Below are positions 1-9,979 of a stretch of 64,000 nt of DNA, piece after piece. Each line of letters starts with the position of its first letter. Positions within the stretch are counted from its first letter, which is position 1. The notes beneath the pieces are model-generated. The model searched no databases and was not told the origin of the DNA. It saw nothing but the letters and a program-made list of their open reading frames with translations. The position numbers and the translations under genes are program-made. This DNA is from Candidatus Omnitrophota bacterium (GTDB lineage: Bacteria > Omnitrophota > Gorgyraeia > S143-82), in the NCBI GenBank assembly GCA_015494585.1, contig WGAY01000006.1, positions 1,335-65,334 of the forward strand. Direction: 5' to 3'.

Positions 1-197
1 ACCACTTCAGGGCTAAACTGCTCAAATAAAGCACGTAAAGCGCCTTTACCCGAATCAGAGTATAAGTCTATAGAGCAATAACCTTCCCAATCCTTTTGCC
101 TCCGTCCCACCCCTATTACTTGATATCTAGAGCGCATCAGGTTAACCACATGTGAACCAATAAACCCGCTTGCTCCTAATACAAGCACTCTCTTCAC
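1..197 (-). CDS. NAD-dependent epimerase/dehydratase family protein, N-terminal fragment (gene continues past window start)
   Basis: Minus-strand translation from GTG at 197-195 gives VKRVLVLGASGFIGSHVVNLMRSRYQVIGVGRR..., with the GxxGxxG Rossmann motif of SDR-type sugar epimerases. The GTG overlaps the TGA stop of the upstream radical SAM gene as GTGA. Not in the ORF track because it is partial. Confidence 0.5.
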   Translation of the reverse strand, partial: MKRVLVLGASGFIGSHVVNLMRSRYQVIGVGRRQKDWEGYCSIDLYSDSGKGALRALFEQFSPEV

Positions 198-1272
198 CCC
201 ACCAACCTCCACGGCGAAAAGAGCATATTTATGTACATCTCATTTGCAAGGGGGCAAATATGAGATAACTTTACCTTATTCTGGACCTGCCTAACCCTAC
301 TGCAATTGCGCCAGAATTTCCTGAAATCCATACCGTAAGCCCTTAAATTTCCCATAACATTTGTATGCACTGCGCAGTCCCAGACATCTCCATTTGAGTT
401 TATCTGTACGGATGCAAAACCAGCAAAGGAAGGCATTGGTTGTTTGTTATTATACAATATGTCCCTAAGAAATCTGTAATAGCGTTTTCTAAAAATGACG
501 ATAATATTATTTATCCAACTCTTTTCCCTTCGCTTTTCTAATTTAGTCAGGGCATTTAAAAACAAATCAAACTCCTCCTCAGAAGGAGTTGGGATAGCGT
601 TGGCGTTATTCATCTCACCACGCACTTCTGCCACCTCAAATATATGCTGGTCAGGAGAGATTTCATTTTTTACAAACTCAATTATCTCATCTAAATTATG
701 GACATTCCATTTAGAAATAACAGTATGTATGCCTATACTTAACAAAGGAAATCTTTTCTGCAATTCCTTCAAAATCTTAACAGTCTCCATTGCCCTTTCA
801 AAATTACCCTTTATCCCACGTATTTCATCGTGCCTCTCTCCTATTCCATCAATAGAGAGATTTATTGTTACCTGAGAGATATCACGACGTGAAACATAAG
901 GTAAAGCCGAATCTATTTTTTTCTTATAACTTCCGGCAATAAACCATTGGTCGGGATAACCAGAAGCTCTGGTTTATTCCTATGAGCTATTTCGATAATC
1001 AGTTTATCGATCCACTCAACCAAAAATGGCTCTCCTCCACTCAAAGTTATCCATACAGGATTCTCTCCCATAGACGATATAATAGATCTCCAGTCTTCAA
1101 AGGACATCTCTTCTTCAACTGGATCGTCCCATATGTAACAGGTCCTACAACGGGAGTTGCATCGACGCGTAAGGCTGAAGGTATAATTAATCGGCAAGAC
1201 ATTCGGCAACCCAGTAATACGATAGATCCAGAAAGAAGGTATCTTATACAACAAATCTATAGATTTCCCCAT
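194..1272 (-). pseudogene. radical SAM / SPASM-domain protein with a frameshift in an A7 homopolymer (about 916-922); track ORFs 913..1272 and 194..790 are its two halves
   Basis: The N-terminal half has CNSRCRTCY (CxxxCxxC) and GGEPFL. The frame used by the 790 ORF stays open upstream and reads ...KKIDSALPYVSRRDISQVTINLSIDGIGERHDEIRGIKGNFERAMETVKIL, which is typical radical SAM core. One extra A in the aaaaaaa run would fuse PEVIRKK to IDSALPY. The C-terminal half has Cys-rich SPASM/twitch-like motifs (VWDCAVH, CPLANE). Confidence 0.6.
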
Positions 1273-1389
1273 AAAAAGATAACTCCAAAATACCTATTTC
1301 ATTATCCCCCTACCCATAGGCAGTATCTATGATATAATTATCCATTAAGTTCTGCGGGATTACAATCGAAAAAATTAAGGGATAAATCA

Positions 1390-2121
1390 ATGGGTGTACA
1401 CTGGTGGCCAAAATCAAGGGCAATAGTCCTCAATTACTTTCTAATTCGCATATGCCAGGGAAAGAGGGACAATAAAATCCTAGAGATAGGATGCGGCGCG
1501 GGCGGGAATTTCTTCTTCCTTAAACAATTTGGAGAATTGACAGGTATAGAGCCAGATGAGAGATCAATAGAAGCAGCTCGTCAATACAACGACGTAAAAA
1601 TAATAAAGGGATCTCTACCATATGCTATCCCATCAATGGACAAACAATTCGACATCATTGCACTCATAGAAGTACTGGAACACATAGAAGAGGATAGAGA
1701 ATCCGTGGAGAAAATAAAAACCTTGTTATCAAGTAATGGGCATCTCATAATAACTGTACCGGCATTTATGTTTCTCTGGAGTGAGCATGATGTGTATTTT
1801 CAACACAAACGTAGGTATACAAAGAAACAATTAGAACAACTACTCTCAGACGCAGGATATAACATTGTATTCTCCTCTTATTTCAATTTTTTCGTATTCC
1901 TCCCTGTGTTAATCTTACGCAAAACAGGTCTGTTTAATTTAATAAAACGAATTAAGATGAACTTGTCTGGTTCAACTAACTCATTATCCGATACAGCTAT
2001 CACTGAAGGTGGTATCATTGGAGCTATCTTTACCTTTCTGGCAAAAATAGAGGCCTTTCTCCTAAGGTATATAAAATTTCCATTTGGCGTGTCTCTGCTA
2101 TTAATCGCAAAAAAGAAATAA
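1390..2121 (+). CDS. class I SAM-dependent methyltransferase
   Basis: ILEIGCGAGGNF motif I and the acidic-loop motif DIIALIEVLEHI. This is the only plus-strand gene in the window, divergent from the radical SAM gene. Confidence 0.8.
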   Translation: MGVHWWPKSRAIVLNYFLIRICQGKRDNKILEIGCGAGGNFFFLKQFGELTGIEPDERSIEAARQYNDVKIIKGSLPYAIPSMDKQFDIIALIEVLEHIEEDRESVEKIKTLLSSNGHLIITVPAFMFLWSEHDVYFQHKRRYTKKQLEQLLSDAGYNIVFSSYFNFFVFLPVLILRKTGLFNLIKRIKMNLSGSTNSLSDTAITEGGIIGAIFTFLAKIEAFLLRYIKFPFGVSLLLIAKKK

Positions 2122-2422
2122 TATATAAACCACACCTAAGGCCTATGCTCATAATGTAAGTTATTGCAGGATAGCCATAACCAGCAAAGGTGAAAATAAC
2201 CAGAACAATCAAAGAAAAAATTCAACCCATAATTCAACGATAACTTGGATTTATAAGGGGCGCCGGGACGGACACCAGGTGGCTAATGCCCGTCCCTGAG
2301 GGGGGGAGATGATTATTAAATAATAATCTATTACCAGGGCTTTGTCAACTAAATTTTTAAAAATTTTTTAATTGTTAAATTATTGTAGGATAAATAGTTG
2401 CAAAAACCCTCTAAAGCAGATA

Positions 2423-4507
2423 CTATGCGCGGGCACTTTCCTGACGTGAATCCTTTAGAAAGGCCATAGGGGTATTGAGCCGCTGACTAACCTCATCCAG
2501 CCAGTCCATGTCCAGCTCTGCCTGTGGCATTCCAAAGACATTTATATCCGAGCCAGGTGCAGAGGATAAGACGTCCATAAATTCGCCCAGCAATACGTAT
2601 ACCTCTGTATCCGATGGCAAACGCATTACGTCCTTCATCTTTTCAAGGTAAGTACGGCCTCTTTCAACCGCATCCCTATCTTTCACCACCTGAATGAGAT
2701 TTATCTTTGTATCAAGCCCTCGATATAGATGTAGCCCCAGCAGGATAGCCAGATGAACATTTGGCGAGCCTTCTCTGATCCAGAGGTTAATAGAACTCAA
2801 GCCATCCAGAGGAGAATTCGACTTATACAAAATCACACCCATATTTTCTTCTTCTGCTATATGTAGTGCGCCCTGGATAAACTCAGGGGAAAGCCCATCT
2901 ACAAGTTCCAGAAATAGTATATTCGACGGTAACAGATACTGCCTGGACAGGTATATCGCCTGTCTGATAATCGCAAAACCGTCCTTATCAAGGGCAAGGG
3001 ATATGGCAAATAATCCTGATTTTCTTAGATCCCTTGCAAATCTCTCTCCTTTATCGACCAGTTCATCTTGTGAGGATTTGCAAACCAGCAAGAGTCTGCC
3101 ATTTGGATAAAGGAGTCCCTCCATAAATTTCTCCCACCTATCTATGGAATCAGGGGTAAATACCGGAACGATCAAATTCGGTTTCCATAGCTTGGGATGA
3201 TAGGGAAGCTGTTCGGCTATGCGAAGGGAATTCTCTGCCAAGAACATCAAGACGCCCTTGCGTACATCCGGCCAGGAACCAGGGAAGTCCCTTCTTAACA
3301 TATATAAATAAATCATAAACAAAAAAAGTAAGGCCAGAATAGAAAACAGCGGATCAATGAGAAACATAGACAATAAGGTCCCCACCACACCAAGGAGAGG
3401 AACTATCAGCGGTAATCTAAAAGACGGCCTGAAGCTGACGATTCCGATTGCCTGTTCCACAAAAACAGAAAAATTTATCATTCCATAGGTTATCAAAAAT
3501 ATCATTGTCAAAAATACTGCCAGGGAATTCAGAGAACCAACCAGCAAGGCAACCAGGGATATAAGAGAGGTAATCATTACTGCAGGGACGGGTTCATCTT
3601 TATCATTGACCCTGGATAAAAAGGATGAAAACGGGACTATCCTGTGTTTGGCAAGTGCCAAAAGGACCCTGGGAGAGGACACAAACATACTGAGGGCCGA
3701 AGATAAGGTAGCTCCCATTATTCCAAGAACTACCAATACAGGCCACCTCGCCCGCTCAACAGCTATACTGGAATTCTCTACCAAGATATGGGCAGGGGCA
3801 ATAGAGGAAAACCAGATTGCCATAAGCGAATAGATAACGAAGCTCAAGGCTATGGCAGACAGCGTACCCAGAGGAATGGCGCGTTCAGGGTTACGTAGTT
3901 CACCCGACATATTAACGCCAGCCAATATACCTGTAACCGCCGGGAAAAAGACTGCGAATACACGCCAGAAGGAGATATCATTTACAGCACCAGAAAATCC
4001 TATCATAGAAAATCCCTTAAAGGCCATAAAAATAGAAAATAAGGCAAGGGCAATTAATAATAGTATGCCATACTGCAGACGGAAGGCTATCTTTGCGCTG
4101 CGTTGGGATATAAAGAACAATATTGCCCATACAACCATCGAGACTATCATCTGATTTTGTCCGCTAAAGATGTTCACCCACAGCTCAGAGAAACCAGTTA
4201 TGTAGAAGGCAATGGAAACGGCTTGAGAAAGGTAAAGGGATATTCCAATTGCACCCCCTGCTTCCAACCCAAGGGACTTGGAGATAATGGAATAGGCCCC
4301 ACCCCCGCCTATCCTGCGATTGCTTACGATAGAGCTCAAAGACAGTGCAGTAAGGAAGGTAATGGAATTACTGAGGAGGATTATAAGCAGGGATGGCCAG
4401 AGACCAACCTGCCCAACAACCCAGCCCAATCTCAAAAAGAGGATAACCCCTAAGATGCTAAGAAGCGTAGGAACAAAAACCCCCTCAAAAACTCCAAATC
4501 TACGCAA
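2423..4507 (-). CDS. cation-chloride cotransporter-like (SLC12/CCC, APC superfamily) permease with a C-terminal cytoplasmic domain
   Basis: N-terminus GVFEGVFVPTLLSILGVILFLRLGWVVGQVGL matches the CCC family signature. About 12 TM helices followed by a roughly 250-aa soluble tail. Confidence 0.65.
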   Translation of the reverse strand: MRRFGVFEGVFVPTLLSILGVILFLRLGWVVGQVGLWPSLLIILLSNSITFLTALSLSSIVSNRRIGGGGAYSIISKSLGLEAGGAIGISLYLSQAVSIAFYITGFSELWVNIFSGQNQMIVSMVVWAILFFISQRSAKIAFRLQYGILLLIALALFSIFMAFKGFSMIGFSGAVNDISFWRVFAVFFPAVTGILAGVNMSGELRNPERAIPLGTLSAIALSFVIYSLMAIWFSSIAPAHILVENSSIAVERARWPVLVVLGIMGATLSSALSMFVSSPRVLLALAKHRIVPFSSFLSRVNDKDEPVPAVMITSLISLVALLVGSLNSLAVFLTMIFLITYGMINFSVFVEQAIGIVSFRPSFRLPLIVPLLGVVGTLLSMFLIDPLFSILALLFLFMIYLYMLRRDFPGSWPDVRKGVLMFLAENSLRIAEQLPYHPKLWKPNLIVPVFTPDSIDRWEKFMEGLLYPNGRLLLVCKSSQDELVDKGERFARDLRKSGLFAISLALDKDGFAIIRQAIYLSRQYLLPSNILFLELVDGLSPEFIQGALHIAEEENMGVILYKSNSPLDGLSSINLWIREGSPNVHLAILLGLHLYRGLDTKINLIQVVKDRDAVERGRTYLEKMKDVMRLPSDTEVYVLLGEFMDVLSSAPGSDINVFGMPQAELDMDWLDEVSQRLNTPMAFLKDSRQESARA

Positions 4508-4557
4508 CTAGCCACCTCATTTTTTTAAAAAACTATTTTGTTTATCTTTTGTTTTAA

Positions 4558-5832
4558 TTATACCACAGACCCTCTATTGTATAATTCAGGAGAATTTCTG
4601 GTTTCTTTATATATGGAAAGGGCGTATGGAAAGGGTGATAGTACCCGTTCCAGGACTCCCTGAAGAAAGGATATGCATATACCATAATTCGTAACAGCAA
4701 CTCCTCTATCCATAGCCTTCTGCAGTCTAGAAAGCATCTGACCTCTGGTTAACATACAACCGCCACAATGTATAACAAGCTTATATTCTTCAAGGTTATC
4801 TGGGTAGTCCTTACCCGAATAAACGTCTATCTTCAAATCAAATCCAAGATACTGTCTCAACCACCTAGGTATCTTTACCCTTCCAATGTCATCTTCTATA
4901 GCGTGATGGGAACAGGCCTCAGCAATAAGGAGCTTATCCTCTGGTTGTAATTCATCTATCTTCAAAGCTCCCCTGACCATCTCGTGCAATTCGCCTTTAT
5001 AACGGGCAAATAATATAGAAAAGGTCGTACATTTGACATTCTCCGGGGTATCCGCAACCATCTTCAAGACTACCTGAGAGTCACAGACAACAAGATCAGG
5101 AGATCTAGCCAAACGGCTCAATAGGTATGGATATTCTCTTTCCTTAACCACCAAACAGGCTGCATCGTTATCAAGGGCATCCCTGATGGTCTGAACCTGG
5201 GGCAATATAAGACGGCCCTTTGGGGCCTGTAGGTCTATAGGGACCACAAGTACGGCCAGGCCACCTGGAGGGAGAAGATCCCCTATAAGAGATGGGGATC
5301 TAAAGAAATCTTCAGGGCATACCTGGATAAGCAATTCTTTAAACAATCCTATATGCCTATCCCTGGCCTCAGTATCTAGGCAAGAAATCTGCATAAACTT
5401 TATCCCCATTCCATCAAGCCTTAGCAAAAACTCGCGACAAGGCTGTTTTACGTCTAACTTATTTACGATAACAATTAGTGGGATTTTGCGCATTTTACAT
5501 TCAGACACAACCTTCTCTTCATATTCTCCCCATATATCCGGCTCTACCAACAATACAACCACATCGGCCCTCTCAAATACCTGTCTTGTCTTTTTGACTC
5601 GAAGAGCCCCCAACTCTGACTTATCATCCAATCCTGCAGTGTCCAGGAACACCACCGGACCTATGGGCAAGAGCTCCATTGTCTTTTCTACCACATCGGT
5701 AGTGGTGCCAGGCAGCGGAGATGTAATAGAGACATCCTGCCCACTCAACATATTTAAAAAAGTGGACTTACCTACATTAGTCCTGCCCAGAATAGCAATA
5801 TGTAATCTAAGGGATTTAGGCGTATTATTCAT
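4558..5832 (-). CDS. hydF: [FeFe]-hydrogenase maturation GTPase HydF
   Basis: N-terminal GTPase motifs GRTNVGKST, TTTD and DTAG. C-terminal CSHH, then about 45 residues, then HCGGC, which fits the HydF CxH-x(45-53)-HCxxC iron-sulfur motif. Confidence 0.7.
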   Translation of the reverse strand: MNNTPKSLRLHIAILGRTNVGKSTFLNMLSGQDVSITSPLPGTTTDVVEKTMELLPIGPVVFLDTAGLDDKSELGALRVKKTRQVFERADVVVLLVEPDIWGEYEEKVVSECKMRKIPLIVIVNKLDVKQPCREFLLRLDGMGIKFMQISCLDTEARDRHIGLFKELLIQVCPEDFFRSPSLIGDLLPPGGLAVLVVPIDLQAPKGRLILPQVQTIRDALDNDAACLVVKEREYPYLLSRLARSPDLVVCDSQVVLKMVADTPENVKCTTFSILFARYKGELHEMVRGALKIDELQPEDKLLIAEACSHHAIEDDIGRVKIPRWLRQYLGFDLKIDVYSGKDYPDNLEEYKLVIHCGGCMLTRGQMLSRLQKAMDRGVAVTNYGICISFLQGVLERVLSPFPYALSIYKETRNSPELYNRGSVV

Positions 5833-5894
5833 AACAGAAATTTGGTCTATATATATTAGCCGCTTCCCTGACAGAATAAAGGGAATTCAAAGAC

Positions 5895-7037
5895 TTACAG
5901 AAATCCAAAGAAAGAACGGGCCTTTGCCAATATAGATTCGCCGCGTTCTTCAGCTATCCTTTTAAGGGCCTCTGCCTCTGAAGGAGATAATTTTTTGGGT
6001 ATCTCCACTTCTATCTGGACATACTCATCGCCTGGGGCTCCGCCTCTGACATCTGGCATCCCTTTACCCTTTAATCTTAGTTTTGCACCAGGCTGAGTCC
6101 CTGGGGGGACCTTCACCTTTGCCTTGCCAGAAAGGGTAGGCACCTCTAGCTCACATCCCAGGGCTGCCTGATACATTGATATCTTCCGCGCCACGTATAT
6201 ATCCTTCCCTTCCCTGCGAAAGATAGGATGGGGTTTTATACGAACCAATACGTAGAGGTCTCCGGACCTGCCAGAAAGGACCTGTTCCCCTTCTCCTGAA
6301 AGGCGAAGATGGGTGCCATCCTCTATACCCGCGGGTATCTTGACCTTTATATTCTTCACGGCCAGGGCCCTGCCAGTACCACCACACTTTACACAGGGAT
6401 TTTTTATTATCTGTCCACTCCCTCCGCACCTTGGACAGGTCGTCTGCATAGCAAAGAAACCAGCTGCCCGTGTAACCATCCCCCGTCCCCTACATTCAGG
6501 GCAAACTACTGGAGAGGTCCCTGGTACAGCCCCACTGCCATTACAGGCTGAACAGACCTCGTAACGCTGAATGCTTATCGCTTTTTCCACTCCCCTATAG
6601 GCATCTTCCAGGGAAATGCTTATCTGGACCTCCTGATCCCTGCCCCTACGGGCCCGCCGGGATGATCTGCCAGAACTGCTGCGATACGAGAATACATCTC
6701 CAAAGCCAAAGCTCCTTAATAAGTCATCCAAGCCAAAGTCCCCAAAGACATCTTCGAGGTCATCAAAGTGGGTAAAATTAGACCACTGGAATCCCTGCGC
6801 CCCAAAAGACTGGCGAGCCGCATCATAACCATAGGTATCGTATATCTTACGCTTCTCAGGATCACTCAATACCTCATAAGCCTCGGATATTTCCTTAAAT
6901 TTTTCCTCTGCTTCTTTTTTATTATCAGGATTTTTGTCTGGGTGCCACTTCATCGCCAATTTCCTATAGGCGCGCTTTATCTCGTCCTGAGAAGCACCCC
7001 TCTCAACACCAAGTATTTTATAATAATCCTTTTCCAT
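5895..7037 (-). CDS. dnaJ: molecular chaperone DnaJ
   Basis: J-domain with HPD ([13 protein letters not shown]), a G/F-rich region, and four CxxCxGxG zinc-finger repeats. Confidence 0.95.
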   Translation of the reverse strand: MEKDYYKILGVERGASQDEIKRAYRKLAMKWHPDKNPDNKKEAEEKFKEISEAYEVLSDPEKRKIYDTYGYDAARQSFGAQGFQWSNFTHFDDLEDVFGDFGLDDLLRSFGFGDVFSYRSSSGRSSRRARRGRDQEVQISISLEDAYRGVEKAISIQRYEVCSACNGSGAVPGTSPVVCPECRGRGMVTRAAGFFAMQTTCPRCGGSGQIIKNPCVKCGGTGRALAVKNIKVKIPAGIEDGTHLRLSGEGEQVLSGRSGDLYVLVRIKPHPIFRREGKDIYVARKISMYQAALGCELEVPTLSGKAKVKVPPGTQPGAKLRLKGKGMPDVRGGAPGDEYVQIEVEIPKKLSPSEAEALKRIAEERGESILAKARSFFGFL

Positions 7038-7078
7038 ATATTCCTTCCTTAACTTTCTCTACCTCAACCGTGACAAAG

Positions 7079-7705
7079 TTACGCCTTTGGTCGAGAAACC
7101 TTTACCCTCGCTGGCCTGAGAACCTTATCGTGTAGCTTATAGCCTTTCTGGAGTACCTGTACAACTGTATTCTCAGGGACATCATCCCTCTCCTCCTGCA
7201 TCAAGGCCTCATGGACCTCTGGATTAAAGGCCTTTCCCTCTGCCTCTATCTCTTCAACACCGTATTTATTTAAAAGGGAGTAGATGTCCTTCCCTATCAT
7301 CTCAAGGCCCTGGATGAGCTTCTCTATATCACGGGCCTCTTTCGCAGATGAGAAAGCCCTTTCAAAGTCATCTAATACCGCCAAAAAGTCTTGAATAATA
7401 TTATATTGAGCAAATTTTATGAACTCTTCCCTCTCCCTTTCCAGTCGCTTCCGTGCATTATCAAAATCCGCCTGAATCCTCAGACACTTCTCAAACAATT
7501 CCTTGGCCTTCCTTGCCTCTGAGGCCAGGTGTTCATATTCTCCTCTAGAGAGCAAAACCTGATCTGTATCCTGTACCTTATCTGTATCTGAAGCATCCTT
7601 TCTGTCCACTGGGGTCTGCTCCTGAATAGGGGTCTCTTGCTTATCTCTATGCTTTTCTTTATCCTTTCCCATAGCCATCACCACCTCGCTAACAAGACTT
7701 CCCAA
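7079..7705 (-). CDS. grpE: nucleotide exchange factor GrpE
   Basis: Coiled-coil N-terminus and the conserved GrpE core ADFDNARKR ... IIQDFLAVLDDFERA. Confidence 0.9.
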   Translation of the reverse strand: MGSLVSEVVMAMGKDKEKHRDKQETPIQEQTPVDRKDASDTDKVQDTDQVLLSRGEYEHLASEARKAKELFEKCLRIQADFDNARKRLEREREEFIKFAQYNIIQDFLAVLDDFERAFSSAKEARDIEKLIQGLEMIGKDIYSLLNKYGVEEIEAEGKAFNPEVHEALMQEERDDVPENTVVQVLQKGYKLHDKVLRPARVKVSRPKA

Positions 7706-7790
7706 TATTATACACTAAAAATCAAACCATAGTATCCTATTTTAATCTAGCGTACGCAATATAAGTTTGTATTAAAGTGGGAAAAATATC

Positions 7791-8888
7791 CTAAGGAATA
7801 ATTAGGCAACCAACAATCCCCAAAAGGAAAAATAAGATAGGCAGGGGCAACATAATTAGATAGACATTTGCAACACCAAGTTTGGCAATGCTGCTCAAGA
7901 AGGCCAGTAAAAGATAGTAGATGAAGAATATGACTATGCCTATCCCAACCACTGAAAATCCCGGTGGACGTCGTTGTATCTTCAAGACAAATGGGAGACC
8001 TGAGAATATCAGGATGAAAGGAGATAGAGAAATTATAATCCTGTACAGTATCTGAACCCTAAAGACCAATTTAGTCTCCTCATCTCCACTTTGGGCCAGG
8101 CGTTTTAGACTCCTTATTAGGTCTCTTATTGGAAGGCTATCTATAAAAGATTCCTTTCGCATCATATCTGTAGGGGATTCTTTAAGCCGCATCTTTTTCC
8201 TCTTATAAAATTCCTTCTCTGATTCTATAACATTTCCCTGTTGGTCAAATTTATAGATGAGAAGATTATCAAAGTACCACCACCCATCCTTCCATTCGGC
8301 CTGTTGAGCAACTAGTTTTCGCCTTATCCGCTGCCTATCATCCTGCTCTAGGATTAAAATGCCCTTTATCAAATTCTGTCGGGGATAAAACTTGGAAATA
8401 AAGAATAATCTATTATCCGTACTATAGAATGTCAAAAACTTCAAGACCACTTCTTTCTTTGCACTGGCGTTACGTTTTATGAATTCCTTCTTAAGGCTTG
8501 TGGTAAAAACCATAGAACCAGGGACAAAACGCTCATTCACAAAGAATACAACCGCAGACAAAAAAATTGCCCCAAAGATAATCGGCCTTAATATCGAAAA
8601 TACTCCCTTGCCAGATGACCTGATAGCAATTATCTCATTGTTGTAATTCATTAGACCAACGGTATATAACGACGACAGCAATGAGGAAAGGGGTGCAATA
8701 TTTACCAATACAATAGGCACCATTACCAGATAATACAGGGAAACAATCTTGACAGGGACATGATTGGTAATTATATCGTCTAAATGGCCGAGCAGGTCTC
8801 CCAATATATAGAGACAGATAAATCCAATGAGGGAAAAGCCCATAAACTTTAAATACCTTATGCCTATGTACCTGTCCAATATCTTCAT
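7791..8888 (-). CDS. lptG: LPS export ABC permease, LptF/LptG family
   Basis: YjgP/YjgQ family with N-terminal MKILDRYIGIRYL and 6 TM helices. The likely start is the internal ATG at 8888, overlapping the upstream stop as ATGA. Confidence 0.75.
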   Translation of the reverse strand: MKILDRYIGIRYLKFMGFSLIGFICLYILGDLLGHLDDIITNHVPVKIVSLYYLVMVPIVLVNIAPLSSLLSSLYTVGLMNYNNEIIAIRSSGKGVFSILRPIIFGAIFLSAVVFFVNERFVPGSMVFTTSLKKEFIKRNASAKKEVVLKFLTFYSTDNRLFFISKFYPRQNLIKGILILEQDDRQRIRRKLVAQQAEWKDGWWYFDNLLIYKFDQQGNVIESEKEFYKRKKMRLKESPTDMMRKESFIDSLPIRDLIRSLKRLAQSGDEETKLVFRVQILYRIIISLSPFILIFSGLPFVLKIQRRPPGFSVVGIGIVIFFIYYLLLAFLSSIAKLGVANVYLIMLPLPILFFLLGIVGCLIIP

Positions 8889-9979
8889 TATCTCTGCCTT
8901 GCCAACAATACAAATCCAATTATCATAAATAGTATATCTGGCAGCCACATAGATATGTAGGGAGGCAACACTCCTCTTATGCTAAGGGCCTCTACTCCAA
9001 GCATAGCAAAGTAATAAACAGTAGTAATCAAGGCAACAACTGTTATACCAACAGAGGTCTCATTGCGGGCTGTTTTTATAGATAGGGGGATAGCGAATAT
9101 CGACAATACCAGGGGGGCAAAGGCAAATGCCAGGCGCTTGTTTATCTCTATATCTATAGGTAAAATACCTATGCCCCTGTCTTTATAACGCCTTCTTATG
9201 CCGAGAAGCGTGCGAATATCGTGTTCCTTAAGTTTTCTAGTTATCTTCCCCTCATTATTTTTGGGAAGATCGAAGGCAATAAAATAGGTGTCAGAGACAA
9301 ATTTATAAAACTTATCCGGCCGCCTCGGATCCACTTCATCGGATATAACATGCCTGAGTTTTAGCCTCAACTTGCGTCTAACCTCATCAACCATTACCTG
9401 CCCTCTTTCGGCTATCAACACCCTTGGAGGCTGATCGTCTCTGAGTTGATATATACGCACGTATTTCATAAAATTATCTTTCAATTGATAAATGAAAATT
9501 ATATATCCAGGGAAAATATCAATAAAGCTGCCTGGTTCAAGGTACGCTAAAGGCTGTTTTACTCCCATCTCTGCTACAAGCCTGCGGGCACTGTAATGGG
9601 CATGCGGTTCTATTTTGTCATTTATTATAAATGTCAAAAGACTTAAGACAAAAGACAAGGCAAGTACAGGGAATATTATATTCATCAGACTAACCCCACT
9701 GGCCCTCAAGGCATTAATCTCATTATCAGCCGATAACCTCCCAAATAAGAGCACCATAGCAGAGACCGTGGCAATGGGTATAGTAAAGCCAATAACAAAG
9801 GGAATAAGATAAAGAAACAACCTTAACACCAACACAGGATTCACCTTTTTGTTTATGATTAGATCCGAGAGTTTGACGATATTGCCCACAACAAAGATAA
9901 AGGTAAAGACAAGGAGGGTAATACACAATAGGATCAATACTTGCCTCAGCATATAGTTACGGTATATCCTCATCCGCAC
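8888..9979 (-). CDS. lptF: LPS export ABC permease, LptF/LptG family
   Basis: A second YjgP/YjgQ paralog with TM helices on both sides of a periplasmic beta-jellyroll domain. Confidence 0.75.
   Translation of the reverse strand: MRMRIYRNYMLRQVLILLCITLLVFTFIFVVGNIVKLSDLIINKKVNPVLVLRLFLYLIPFVIGFTIPIATVSAMVLLFGRLSADNEINALRASGVSLMNIIFPVLALSFVLSLLTFIINDKIEPHAHYSARRLVAEMGVKQPLAYLEPGSFIDIFPGYIIFIYQLKDNFMKYVRIYQLRDDQPPRVLIAERGQVMVDEVRRKLRLKLRHVISDEVDPRRPDKFYKFVSDTYFIAFDLPKNNEGKITRKLKEHDIRTLLGIRRRYKDRGIGILPIDIEINKRLAFAFAPLVLSIFAIPLSIKTARNETSVGITVVALITTVYYFAMLGVEALSIRGVLPPYISMWLPDILFMIIGFVLLARQR

Noticed and set aside
2030-2212. 60-aa hydrophobic minus-strand ORF overlapping the methyltransferase 3' end
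   Set aside because: No ribosome-binding context or homology signal. It overlaps a confident gene on the opposite strand, so it is probably spurious.
6151-6429. 92-aa minus-strand ORF inside dnaJ in a different frame
   Set aside because: It is embedded within dnaJ coding sequence and its Arg/Gly-rich translation reflects the GC-rich CxxCxGxG repeat region. It is not independent.
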